Below are positions 10,013 to 19,430 of a DNA stretch of 64,000 nt, piece after piece; the first letter of the stretch is position 1; the number at the start of each line of letters is the position of its first letter. Both the position numbers and the translations under genes were made by a program. A model generated the notes under the pieces. The model saw only the letters and a program-made list of their open reading frames with translations, was not told where the DNA came from and made no database searches. The stretch lies in contig JBOEGF010000023.1 of NCBI GenBank assembly GCA_050633305.1, positions 1 to 64,000 on the forward strand, in the 5' to 3' direction. This DNA comes from Nannocystales bacterium (GTDB lineage: Bacteria > Myxococcota_A > Polyangia > Nannocystales > Nannocystaceae).

Positions 10013-10402
10013 TTACACGGAGAACGAGCTTCCGCATCCACAAGATCCGGTGCTCATCGGGTTGTTGAACTTGAAGCCCGCACCTTGCAGACCTTCGACG
10101 TAATCGATGTTGGTCCCCATCAAGTACATGTAGCTCATCTGGTCGGAGATCAGCTTCACGCCAGCGCTCTCGAACTCCATGTCGTCCTCGGCTTGCTCGT
10201 CGAAGAAGAGGTCGTATTGGAAGCCAGAACATCCGCCGCCAAGCACCTTCACGCGCAGGGCGTAGTGGGCTTCGATGGCCTCGGCTTCTCGAATTTCTGC
10301 GACCTTGGATGCGGCGACCTCGGTGAGGCTGAGCGCGGCCTGCATCTCGGGCTCGGCTTCGGGGGCGGCAGCTTCTTGGGCGGGTGCGGTCTCGGTGCTC
10401 AT
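10013..10402 (-). CDS. erpA: A-type iron-sulfur carrier (ErpA/IscA, HesB family)
   Basis: GGGCSGFQY and C-terminal CGCGSSF. Confidence 0.92.
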   Translation of the reverse strand: MSTETAPAQEAAAPEAEPEMQAALSLTEVAASKVAEIREAEAIEAHYALRVKVLGGGCSGFQYDLFFDEQAEDDMEFESAGVKLISDQMSYMYLMGTNIDYVEGLQGAGFKFNNPMSTGSCGCGSSFSV

Positions 10403-10484
10403 GGCGAATTTCGCGAAGGTTGCGCAGTTTCTGACCGTCTCGTCAGAACCTGACGTTGCGTCACCCCTTGGGGCAACCGACAGA

Positions 10485-10566
10485 AACATGCGACCTGAGG
10501 GCCTACTCGTCAACGGGGGGGAGTCGCCGGCCGCGTTTGACAGCGTAGGCGGGCATTTTCTACCGT
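10485..10566. promoter_or_regulatory. Divergent sigma70-type promoters
   Basis: Plus strand TTGACA(10537)-N18-TACCGT(10561); minus strand TTGACG(10513)-N17-CATGTT. Confidence 0.5.
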
Positions 10567-10626
10567 CCAGCGGTGTCGTGAGCGGGCCCCGGACGGAGCC
10601 TTGGCGCGCACGGGAGACGTGTCCAG

Positions 10627-12126
10627 ATGAAACGAACCGGCCTTTACCTTGGGATCCCGCTCACGATCGCTCTCGGCGCCACTGCCTGCGACAGCCGCAG
10701 CGACGCCATGGCGCGTCAAGTCGACCAGGTCGAAGGCGACAAAGAAGAGCGAAAAGAGCTGGAGAAGCGCGGGCCCACGGACCCGATGGCGCAGAAGCTC
10801 GAGCCGCTGCTTTCCAAGCTCTACCCGCTCAACAAAGTCCCGCATGTGGAGCAAGCCGACGCTGCACCCGAGGGCGGCGGAAACTACACCCTCGAAGCCG
10901 GCGTAGCCGCGGTCGTGCGCGTGACGCCGGGCCTCAGCCCCGGTGATCGCGTCAAGGCGATCGTGCGCGGCATCGCTGAAGCCGACGCTTGGGCCTTCCG
11001 CAAAAACGCGCGCCGCGACTACGCGGACCTCGTGCACCGTGTGTTCCGCGGCTACGGAAAAGAGCAGCGCGACCAGATCACCTCGCTGTACGCCGACCTC
11101 CGGTTGCTTCAGTTCTTCAACAGCGAAGAGGCTGAAGCCGCCATCGCCGCGCTCCCCGGAGACCTGCAGGCGCCCGTCCGCGAAATGCAGACCTACTACA
11201 CCGGCAACAAAGAGAAGGTGTGGGAAGACTGGATGAACGTGAAGATGTACGCGCGCCGCGTCGTCGCTGACGACGAGCCGTTCCGCAGCGTCCTTCGCGG
11301 CATCAAGAAAGAGCTCGGCAAAGAAGAGCCCCCGCCGCGCACCTGGGCCGACTCGATGGATCCTCAGTTCGCAACCTGGGCCAAGCAGGTCGAGGGCAAC
11401 GAGGAGCTGCTCACCAAGATCACCAACATGAAGGAGCTGCGCGAGCGGCTCGAGTATCTCGGCGACACGCACTCGTTGTTCCTCATGCAGGGCTCAGAGC
11501 GCATCCCCGCCAAGGCCAAGTCGATCAAGATCAACAAGGAGACCGGCTTTGGGGTCTTGCGTGAAGATCTCGGCGGCGGACACAACGAGCTCACCTTCGT
11601 CTTCTCGAAGAAGCTCAGCGGCGCCAAGCTCAAGAAGGCGTTCCTGCAGTCCGTCATCTACGGCCACTTGCTGCACGACTTCGGCATGCTCGCCACCGCC
11701 GGTTCCGACTGGGCCGTACGTGACGCGGACAACGTCATCGACAGCCGGACCGCGATCGTCCCCGACGAGTACGACCCGCTGTACGCCCAGTGCGGCTCAG
11801 CGGGTGCCGTCGACATGTTGGTCAAGTTCTACAAGAACGAGTACCCGATCCTCGAGGGGATGAGCGGCGCCAAGGACGAGGAGGCCATCGTCACGAAGGC
11901 CCACAAGTGCGTCATCGCGGGCGCCGCGGGCAAGATCCACCTTCCGGCCAAGGGCGACGACAAGGACATCGAGGGGCCCGCGCCTGGCAGCCGACTCGCG
12001 TTGCGAAACATGTTGGTCCGCTACGAAAAGATCAATGTCGACCTCGACGCGATGTCCGGTGACAAGCAGACCGAAGAGGACAAAGAGATCGCTGAACAAG
12101 AGGCACTGCTCAAGTCCCTCAAGTGA
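10627..12126 (+). CDS. Hypothetical lipoprotein (499 aa)
   Basis: Lipobox ALGATAC; Lys/Glu-rich helical protein; strongly GC3-biased codons; GGGAG upstream. Confidence 0.85.
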   Translation: MKRTGLYLGIPLTIALGATACDSRSDAMARQVDQVEGDKEERKELEKRGPTDPMAQKLEPLLSKLYPLNKVPHVEQADAAPEGGGNYTLEAGVAAVVRVTPGLSPGDRVKAIVRGIAEADAWAFRKNARRDYADLVHRVFRGYGKEQRDQITSLYADLRLLQFFNSEEAEAAIAALPGDLQAPVREMQTYYTGNKEKVWEDWMNVKMYARRVVADDEPFRSVLRGIKKELGKEEPPPRTWADSMDPQFATWAKQVEGNEELLTKITNMKELRERLEYLGDTHSLFLMQGSERIPAKAKSIKINKETGFGVLREDLGGGHNELTFVFSKKLSGAKLKKAFLQSVIYGHLLHDFGMLATAGSDWAVRDADNVIDSRTAIVPDEYDPLYAQCGSAGAVDMLVKFYKNEYPILEGMSGAKDEEAIVTKAHKCVIAGAAGKIHLPAKGDDKDIEGPAPGSRLALRNMLVRYEKINVDLDAMSGDKQTEEDKEIAEQEALLKSLK

Positions 12127-12169
12127 GCCGGGTCCGTGCATCCCCCGCCCGCCGTGGTAGCGTTTTAGC

Positions 12170-12745
12170 TTGATGCGCTACGCGGCAGGATTGCTCGTGC
12201 TGGGTCTCGTGGGGACCCTTAGCGGCTGCGTTGAGCGCTTGATTCAGGGCGAAGACGCGGACACCGATGCGTCCACGTCGGTGGCAGAAGACAGCTCCTC
12301 GAGCGACGTCTTCGCGACCGAAGGCGCCGAGTGCAACGGCCCCCAGGACTGCCCCGACGACGCCACGTGCTTCGAAGGCGTGTGTGTCGGGACCGGTGAG
12401 CTCCGCATCTCGCTGTCGTGGGACTACGTCAGCGATCTCGACCTCCACGTCCAGACCCCGGCGGGCCACGAAATCTCTTTCGAGAACCGGTCCGTCGGCG
12501 GGGGTGTCCTCGATGTCGATGACTGCGTCGGCGCCAGCTGCCTCGACAACAGCATGACGCACGTCGAGAACATCTACTTCCCGATGCAACCGCCCCTGGG
12601 CGAGTACCGGGTGTGGGTCAACAACTTCGACGGCGTCGACGGAGGCCCGTTCGAGATCCAGGTCAGTGGTGAGGGCTCCGTCACGTTCACCGGAACCCTG
12701 CCCGCGGCCCCCGTCGAGAGCCAAGTCTTCACGTTCGAGCTCTAG
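12170..12745 (+). CDS. Lipoprotein with YfaP/DUF2135-like domain
   Basis: LSGC lipobox; LRISLSWD..SDLDLHV.TP, GVLDVDD, VENIYF, GEYRVWV. Confidence 0.8.
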   Translation: MMRYAAGLLVLGLVGTLSGCVERLIQGEDADTDASTSVAEDSSSSDVFATEGAECNGPQDCPDDATCFEGVCVGTGELRISLSWDYVSDLDLHVQTPAGHEISFENRSVGGGVLDVDDCVGASCLDNSMTHVENIYFPMQPPLGEYRVWVNNFDGVDGGPFEIQVSGEGSVTFTGTLPAAPVESQVFTFEL

Positions 12746-12798
12746 CGAGAGGCCAGGCGAACGGACGGGCACTCTGCGACGGAGCGCGAGGCCGCCGC

Positions 12799-14112
12799 CT
12801 ATCCCTGCGGACTGCCGCTCTGGCTCAGCGCAAAGCCGGTCATGTCGCTGTACGTATACGGCGACGTGAGACCGGTGAACGTGTCGTAGGCACCCGTCGC
12901 CGGGTCGACCCGCCAGGCCTCAGCGCCCTGAGACACGGCCCACACGTTGCCCTCGAAGTCGATGCTGATGCCCTTCGCGTAGCCGGGGATGGGGTAGTCC
13001 TGCACGACCGCCATCGTCTCGATGTCGACGCCGAGCAGACGGCTTCCCGAGCCGGCGACCCAAAGGATGTCGTTCGCATCAACCATGCAGCCGCCACCTT
13101 GCGACCCCACCGAGACGGAGTCCCAAAGCTCGGTCACCGGGTTGAAGCGGGCGAGCTGCGACTGGCAGGTCCACGGGCGCCCGACGGGGTCCACGGTCAT
13201 GCCGTAACCGGACGGAGCGGGCCAGGTGCTGACGGCGAAGTCGCCCCGGTTGACCCGGAACAGGGTCTGCCCGCTGAGCATGCTGCCCCAGAAGTTGCCG
13301 TCGGCATCGACCGCACCACCGTAGATGCCGTAGTTGTCGGAAGCCACGCCGACCGGGATCGTTTGCTCGACCACGCCGGTCTCGCCGTCCATGAGCACGA
13401 CGTCCATGATGGAGCCCGAGTTCACCGCGCCCGAGGTCCACAGCTTGACGTTCTCGTAGCGACACGTCGCATTGGAGAAGTCGCCTTGGGTCCACGCCAT
13501 CGGGCGCTGACGGCTGTAGCCGAACGGGGTGTGCCAAGCGATGCAGCCGTCCTGCCAAGCCTTGACGTCGGCTGCGCCCGTGGAGGTGTTGGTCGGGTCG
13601 GGGCAGTCTTCGATGCGGGCGCGAATCATCGTCACGCCGCCGTTCCGGTTTGCAACCGCCATGTCGCCGTTGAGGTTCACGGACGTTCGAGACGGACTGC
13701 CACCGGTGTCGGCACGCACCAAGTAGCGGCCCTCTTCGACGAGCGTCTGCGTGTTGATCTTGGAGACCGTGCCTTCGGGGCTGTTGGCGACCCAGATGTA
13801 CGAGAAGTCGGTTCCGAGCCCACTTCCGTTTCCACCGCCGCACGACTCGGCGGTGTCAGGGATGCCGCCGATGTCGAACTTGGGCGTGCTGTCGGAGTCC
13901 GAACCCTGGGTCGGACCGCTGTCCTGCCCGCTGTTGCTATCGGTGTTCCCGGAGCCTTCGGTTTCGCCGCTCTCCGTGTCACCCATCGTGGCGCCGGCGG
14001 TGATCGTCGTGACGAGCGAGCCGCCGCCATCGTCCCCGGTGCCGTTCGCTCCGGTGTCGCCACATGCGACAGCGAGCACCGCAATTCCGAATATCCAAGA
14101 TCGCTGCATCAT
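12799..14112 (-). CDS. Lipoprotein with Vgb-lyase-like beta-propeller
   Basis: LAVAC lipobox; S/T/G stalk; YIWVANS..GTVSKI, PSRTSV, repeated D.DGN.W blades, PYTYSDMTG. Confidence 0.85.
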   Translation of the reverse strand: MMQRSWIFGIAVLAVACGDTGANGTGDDGGGSLVTTITAGATMGDTESGETEGSGNTDSNSGQDSGPTQGSDSDSTPKFDIGGIPDTAESCGGGNGSGLGTDFSYIWVANSPEGTVSKINTQTLVEEGRYLVRADTGGSPSRTSVNLNGDMAVANRNGGVTMIRARIEDCPDPTNTSTGAADVKAWQDGCIAWHTPFGYSRQRPMAWTQGDFSNATCRYENVKLWTSGAVNSGSIMDVVLMDGETGVVEQTIPVGVASDNYGIYGGAVDADGNFWGSMLSGQTLFRVNRGDFAVSTWPAPSGYGMTVDPVGRPWTCQSQLARFNPVTELWDSVSVGSQGGGCMVDANDILWVAGSGSRLLGVDIETMAVVQDYPIPGYAKGISIDFEGNVWAVSQGAEAWRVDPATGAYDTFTGLTSPYTYSDMTGFALSQSGSPQG

Positions 14113-14229
14113 CAGGTCCCCGACGGACAGGATGGCAGTCTGGGCCGACGGACACAAACCCCCGTCCCGATCCGGGCAGTTCCCCGCAGCTTGCTCCCGG
14201 TTCTCACCATGTAGTCACAAGACCCACCT

Positions 14230-15621
14230 TTACTCCCGCTGATCGCGCGAACCGGGCCGGACATAGAAGACGCCCCCCTTGATCACGCCCGCGGGACGCT
14301 CCAGAGAAGAGATGTCTTCCAGAGGGTTTCCTTTCACCAGCACGAGGTCTGCGTGGTTGCCTTCGCGGATCAGACCGACGTCTGAGAGACCCAGCAGCTG
14401 CGCCGCACCGGAGGTCCCCGCGACGATCGCCTCCATCGGCTTCATGCCCGCATCGACCATCAGCGTGAATTCCCGTCCGTTTTTTCCGTGGGCAAAAACA
14501 CCAGCATCGCTGCCAAGAACAATCTGCACTTCGGCGGCATAGGCCATCGCGAAGCTCGTACGCATCTGCGGGACGATCGCCCGAGCCTTCGCGGCCGACG
14601 ACGTGGACAGGGTTCCCGCATCCGCCGCGCGCATCACGTGTTCGCCTGCGCTGAGGGTTGGAACCAACACCGTCCCCTTCGCTTTCATCAAGGCGACCGT
14701 CGACGCGTCGAGAATGCTGCCGTGTTCGATCGAGTGCACCCCGGCCTCGACCGCTTCTCGAATCCCCTGCGTTCCGTGGGCGTGTGCCGCGACCCGAACC
14801 CCGGCCCGGTTGGCCTCTTCGACCGCCGTGGCCAACTCGGGCGTGGTCAGTTGCGCCACGCCAACCGTGTCGCCCGAAGACATGACACCAGCGGTCGCGC
14901 ACACCTTGATCACGTCGGCGCCATGCTTGAGCTGATATCGCACGGCTTTGCGAACCTCGTCGGGCGAATCGGCAACACCGGCGCGGTAGTCCTGCTTGTC
15001 CGGCATGAGGTCCGGCTGGTACCCGTGGGAATCGTCGCAGTGACCCCCGGTGATCGAGATCGCGTAGTTGGCCACGAGCATCCGCGGTCCGGGAACGATG
15101 CCGTCCGCGATCGCATCGCGTAGAGCGCGGTCCGCAAACGACCCCCCGACGTTCCGCACCGTGGTGAACCCAGCCGCCAACGTGGACCAGGCGTTGGCGA
15201 CTCCCCCCAGCGCCCGGTCGGAGTCGTGCTCCTTCATCTTCCGAACGACCCCGTTCGCGTAGTTGGAGGGCGGCGTGAGGGTCATGTGCACATGTGCATC
15301 GATGAACCCGGGCAGGAGTGTGTAGCCCTCGAGCTCGAAGACCTCGACCGTCCCGGTTGCCGCGAGGTGCTCCCCCACGTTGGCGATGCGTCCCTGGTCC
15401 AGGTAGACGTCCACTCCGGTGCGCGGCTCGGCCCCCGTCCCATCGATGAGTGTGACGCCACGTAACAACAGCGGCCGCACGACCGTCGGAGCAGGAGGCC
15501 CAGCCTCGGATTGCACCGCGGCGACGCGCGGCGCCGACACGTGAACCCCGGCGGGCGTACCCGACTGCTTCCCGGCACAGCCAGCGAAGACGAGCGACAA
15601 GGCGAGGATGCGGGCGCGCAT
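14230..15621 (-). CDS. Metal-dependent amidohydrolase (prolidase-like), lipoprotein
   Basis: LPGFIDAHVH, GFTTVRNVG, AAHAHG, SIEHG, GSDAG; FAGC lipobox. Confidence 0.92.
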   Translation of the reverse strand: MRARILALSLVFAGCAGKQSGTPAGVHVSAPRVAAVQSEAGPPAPTVVRPLLLRGVTLIDGTGAEPRTGVDVYLDQGRIANVGEHLAATGTVEVFELEGYTLLPGFIDAHVHMTLTPPSNYANGVVRKMKEHDSDRALGGVANAWSTLAAGFTTVRNVGGSFADRALRDAIADGIVPGPRMLVANYAISITGGHCDDSHGYQPDLMPDKQDYRAGVADSPDEVRKAVRYQLKHGADVIKVCATAGVMSSGDTVGVAQLTTPELATAVEEANRAGVRVAAHAHGTQGIREAVEAGVHSIEHGSILDASTVALMKAKGTVLVPTLSAGEHVMRAADAGTLSTSSAAKARAIVPQMRTSFAMAYAAEVQIVLGSDAGVFAHGKNGREFTLMVDAGMKPMEAIVAGTSGAAQLLGLSDVGLIREGNHADLVLVKGNPLEDISSLERPAGVIKGGVFYVRPGSRDQRE

Positions 15622-15723
15622 GCCGTATCTTGCCCGATCCTCGCGGGACCTTGTGCGGCCCCTAGCAGCGCTGCATGCGAGGGCGCCGTCATGCACTGTG
15701 TGGTTTTTTTTTTCCTCGCCCCG

Positions 15724-16461
15724 CTAGCGCTCACGGTCCGCGAACGTCTGACCGAATGCGCCGTAGCGCTTGGGTTGCCGCGAAAGGAACGACTTCGCGC
15801 CCGAGCGCATCTGCGCGGACTGAGTACCGGTGAACCCGAGCATGCTGCCCCTCCGACAGCTGCACATGATGTTCGTGGTGCCCTTGCTGTGCGCCAAGCC
15901 GAACAGATGCCCCAACTCATGGGCGAATGTGGTGTTGGGTGCGCCGTCGGTCACCACCACGTACTCGCGCTCACGCAGTTCCCGACGAAAACCTCGGTAC
16001 CGCCAGTGCAACCCGCGGACGCGACGACGCGCACGCCTGCGCCGGGGCTTGTCGAGCTCTTCGGTGACGAACACGTGGATCGTGCCGTCGCTGGGCGCGT
16101 ACCCGGCAAGGCGACGACGCTGTTGAGACTTCGTCACCGCCCGCCACCCGCGAGGCAGATGTCGAACGGAGTGGACATAGACCTCGATGCCCGCTTGGGA
16201 CAGGGCCCGGTTGGCGCGGAGAACCCACTGCGTGACACGAGCCTGCGATGCCACGGGGTCACCGCCGTAGGTCGCGACATGCACGGTCAACGGCATGCGG
16301 ATGAGCGCTCGCGAGGTGCGCTGCGTCCACTGGTTGGCCTCGCTCCGAACGCTTGGGACAACCTTCCGGCCGCGAGCCTGCGCGCTGGAGAACGGGAGAA
16401 GCGAGAACACGACCGCGGTGAGCAGCAGTGTGATGGCCCACCGTGGACCCCCCGTCTTCAT
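15724..16461 (-). CDS. Secreted metzincin (matrixin-like) metalloprotease
   Basis: HELGHLFGLAH plus Met-turn NIM; signal peptide; very basic. Confidence 0.85.
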   Translation of the reverse strand: MKTGGPRWAITLLLTAVVFSLLPFSSAQARGRKVVPSVRSEANQWTQRTSRALIRMPLTVHVATYGGDPVASQARVTQWVLRANRALSQAGIEVYVHSVRHLPRGWRAVTKSQQRRRLAGYAPSDGTIHVFVTEELDKPRRRRARRRVRGLHWRYRGFRRELREREYVVVTDGAPNTTFAHELGHLFGLAHSKGTTNIMCSCRRGSMLGFTGTQSAQMRSGAKSFLSRQPKRYGAFGQTFADRER

Positions 16462-16627
16462 GTTCTGTACAGCGTTCAAGGCCGTGCTTTTATTGTGAGG
16501 CAAAAGACCTTTCTGCGCAAAGTAGAGATGGGTCCACATCACACCGAACCAGGTCCATGCCGGCCGCGAGGTTGGCGCGCCGCGCTCCGCTTGGGACGGT
16601 GCCGCGCTTGTACTACGCTGCCGGTCG

Positions 16628-17392
16628 ATGTTTGGATCGAGCCAGCCCGCGATCGACTTCCTCCCCGAAGACGACGCCCGCGCGTGGGTCGCCGACACGT
16701 TGAGTTCCGTCGCCTCTCGACTCGGAGCTCCTGCCCACGCCCCCCAGCTCTTCAGTCGAAGCAAGCCGCCCCACAACCCGGACGATCTCTTCGAGATGAT
16801 GTGCGACGTGCAAGCACAGGTCGGACAAGGCGACGTCGACTTCGGCCTGGTGGACATGGTCGAGAAGGCACCCGAAGTTCCCCCCGGGTTTGTTCCCTTG
16901 GGCAACCCCGCCGGACAGTTGATGCACACGTTCCGTCGCGGCGATGAATTTGTGACCGTCGTCGCGCCGACTTTGTTCCGGAAATCAGAGCTGTTGTTCT
17001 CCGGGGCGGCGCGGGAACTCGGCCGAATCGCCCTGTCGGTCTCCGGCGGTCACCAACTCGAGCCCAAAGAGTTCGAAGCCGAAGCTGAGCTTGCCGCGAT
17101 CGCACTTGGCATGGGCGTGTGGGTGACCAACGGTTCCTACGTATTCCAAAACGGCTGCTGCGGGGGCGGTTGCGGCATCGACTTTCGAAGTCTGCGCACC
17201 GGGTTGTCCATGCCGGAGGCCGCATTCGCGACCGCACTCGACGGCCACCGCAAGGGCCTGTCGCGGCGGAGCATCGCCAAACATCTCGAGAGCAACCAAA
17301 AAGCAGCGCTCAAGCGCAGCTGGGGTTTCATCGGCAAAACGCCCGAGCTCAAGGCGTTGGGCAGCAGTCCCACCGTCGGCGCGATCGCGTAG
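16628..17392 (+). CDS. Hypothetical protein, zincin-like with degenerate HExxH and a CCGGGC motif
   Basis: ARELGR at an HExxH-like position; downstream EAEAELAAIALGMG; TACGCT 8 nt before ATG. Confidence 0.75.
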   Translation: MFGSSQPAIDFLPEDDARAWVADTLSSVASRLGAPAHAPQLFSRSKPPHNPDDLFEMMCDVQAQVGQGDVDFGLVDMVEKAPEVPPGFVPLGNPAGQLMHTFRRGDEFVTVVAPTLFRKSELLFSGAARELGRIALSVSGGHQLEPKEFEAEAELAAIALGMGVWVTNGSYVFQNGCCGGGCGIDFRSLRTGLSMPEAAFATALDGHRKGLSRRSIAKHLESNQKAALKRSWGFIGKTPELKALGSSPTVGAIA

Positions 17393-17488
17393 CGTTGCGG
17401 GCGCGGCGCGGGAAGACGGGCGCTCACCGAATGCGCGAAATCATTGCCGGGGCCTGATCGATCGGTCAACCGCAGACACTACCCGGCC

Positions 17489-17926
17489 ATGAACTACTCA
17501 GCCCTTCTGCTTCGCCTTGCATTCCCCGTCGTCGCGCTGTCCACGGCCTGCGATGGAGAAACCCTCGATGCGACGCAAAGCACGGTCTCAGGGGTTCAGA
17601 GTTTCTGTGTAGAGGCTGTGGACGGGGCCGACGGCGCCGAGCTGGAGGTGAATGTCCAGCTCGATGCCTGCCTGAGCAGCAGCTGCGACACGCTCATCGA
17701 GTCCAAGTGCACCCTGACCGAGGTCGACGGTGCACTGCAGATCGAGGCGTCGGCGATCCTCCAGCATGAAGGCGACACGTGCACGGCCGACTGCCGCTCC
17801 ATCAACGCAACGTGCACGATTCCCGCGCCGTTGGAAGAGACCTACATCGTGCGAGGCGACGACGGGGACGAGGTCACCGTCGACACTGCGGATCACGACA
17901 CCGCGTGCTCCGTCGAACCGACCTAG
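17489..17926 (+). CDS. Small Cys-rich lipoprotein
   Basis: LSTAC lipobox; CLSSSC and CTADC. Confidence 0.75.
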   Translation: MNYSALLLRLAFPVVALSTACDGETLDATQSTVSGVQSFCVEAVDGADGAELEVNVQLDACLSSSCDTLIESKCTLTEVDGALQIEASAILQHEGDTCTADCRSINATCTIPAPLEETYIVRGDDGDEVTVDTADHDTACSVEPT

Positions 17927-18012
17927 TGTCCTGAGTCCGGACGGCCGGTTCGCGAGCACGAAGTCGCAACGGAGCCCGGGCGGCCTCGTGCGGCAAGGTA
18001 TGCTCGCAGCTG

Positions 18013-18702
18013 ATGTCGACGCGCTTGCACGTGCGGCTGGACCGCGAGGAGCTGCTCGGACAGGAGGCTCATCTGGAACACGGTGGGATGCTTGTGCCCG
18101 CGCCCGCGGAGAGTCCTGCGCCGATGACCGATGTGCTGCTCCGCATCGACAGCGAAGGCGCCTCGGCCGAGGTCGAGGCGCGCGTCGTTCACGTGGGCGA
18201 TGGGCTCCTTGGGCTCGCGCTGATCGACGCCCAGAACACGCGAACGCGACTGGACCCCCTCTTTGCGAGGGCCAAGGGTGATGCCCCAGCCGACGAAAGC
18301 AAGACTGGGAACCTGCGGCTGCGGATCACGCGGATGTCATCGCTCGAGAAGCAGGACCTCGCGCTCACCGGAAACCGACTCGAGCGCTTGGCCCTGCTCA
18401 AGGACAGCAACAAAGCGCTGCATGCTCTGGTGCTCAAGAACCGGAAGATCTCATCGGACGAGGTTCGAATGCTCGCCGGCTTCCGCAACGCCAACCCGCA
18501 AGCGCTCCAGAAAATCGCGGGGAACTCCGAGTGGGTTCGGGACGGTCGAATCGTCTCGGCGCTCGTGGGGAACCCGAAGACACCCCCCCAGATCGCCGTC
18601 CGTCTGCTCGACCGGCTGCCGTCCGCCGAACTCCGCCGCCTCGCCAGAGCCACAGACGTCCCGCCAGCGATCAGCAAGGCCGCACGCCGGAAGCTCGGCT
18701 GA
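18013..18702 (+). CDS. PilZ-like domain fused to a helical-repeat domain
   Basis: N-terminal GGMLV...VEARVVHV...LGLAL; C-terminal VLKN.KIS..EV and LVGNPKTP repeats. Confidence 0.75.
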   Translation: MSTRLHVRLDREELLGQEAHLEHGGMLVPAPAESPAPMTDVLLRIDSEGASAEVEARVVHVGDGLLGLALIDAQNTRTRLDPLFARAKGDAPADESKTGNLRLRITRMSSLEKQDLALTGNRLERLALLKDSNKALHALVLKNRKISSDEVRMLAGFRNANPQALQKIAGNSEWVRDGRIVSALVGNPKTPPQIAVRLLDRLPSAELRRLARATDVPPAISKAARRKLG

Positions 18703-18764
18703 CCCTTCATCGCCGCACATCCTGCTGGCCTCCTCCCCCGGTTCCCGCGTTAGTCTCCGGCACG

Positions 18765-19430
18765 ATGAGGTCGAGCATCCTGCTCAAGGCCTGGATGGGC
18801 CTCACGGGCCTGTTCTTGGCCTTGTTCGTCCTCGTGCACATGGTGGGAAACCTGCAGCTGTTCCTGCCCCAGCACCTCGCCCGCGCCTCATTCAACGCCT
18901 ACTCCCAGGCGCTGTCCTCGAACGTGGTCATCAAGATTGCAGGCTGGTTGACCTACGCCGCCGTGCTCACACACGCCGTGGTCTCGGCGGTCCTGGCACG
19001 GCGCAACCGAGCCTCCCGCCCCTACGCGCAGGAGCAGCCGGGCACCAGTAGCCCCTGGTACGCGCGCTCGATGGGCTGGCTCGGAGCGGTCACCCTGGCC
19101 TTCTTGGTCCTGCACATGCATGCGTTTTGGTACCGGTACCACTGGGGGGAGATCGGCCTCGATGAACGCGGCAACAAGGACCTCTACACCGTCGTGGTGA
19201 CCTCGTTTCAGGAGCCCTGGATCGTGCTCGTGTACGTGGGCAGCATGGTCGCGCTCGGCTTCCACCTGCAGCACGGCATTGCAGCTGCTCTACGGAGCTT
19301 GGGCGTCTTCAGCGACCGCATCACCGCGCTCGCGCCTCGCGTCTCCGCATGGTTTGCCTGGAGCGTCGCCGGGGCGTTCGCAACCATGCCGATCTACGTG
19401 TACATCGCCTTCGGGAGCCAAGCGCCATGA
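18765..19430 (+). CDS. sdhC: Succinate dehydrogenase/fumarate reductase cytochrome b subunit (b558 type)
   Basis: [16 protein letters not shown]; five TM segments with His ligands; first gene of the operon. Confidence 0.93.
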   Translation: MRSSILLKAWMGLTGLFLALFVLVHMVGNLQLFLPQHLARASFNAYSQALSSNVVIKIAGWLTYAAVLTHAVVSAVLARRNRASRPYAQEQPGTSSPWYARSMGWLGAVTLAFLVLHMHAFWYRYHWGEIGLDERGNKDLYTVVVTSFQEPWIVLVYVGSMVALGFHLQHGIAAALRSLGVFSDRITALAPRVSAWFAWSVAGAFATMPIYVYIAFGSQAP

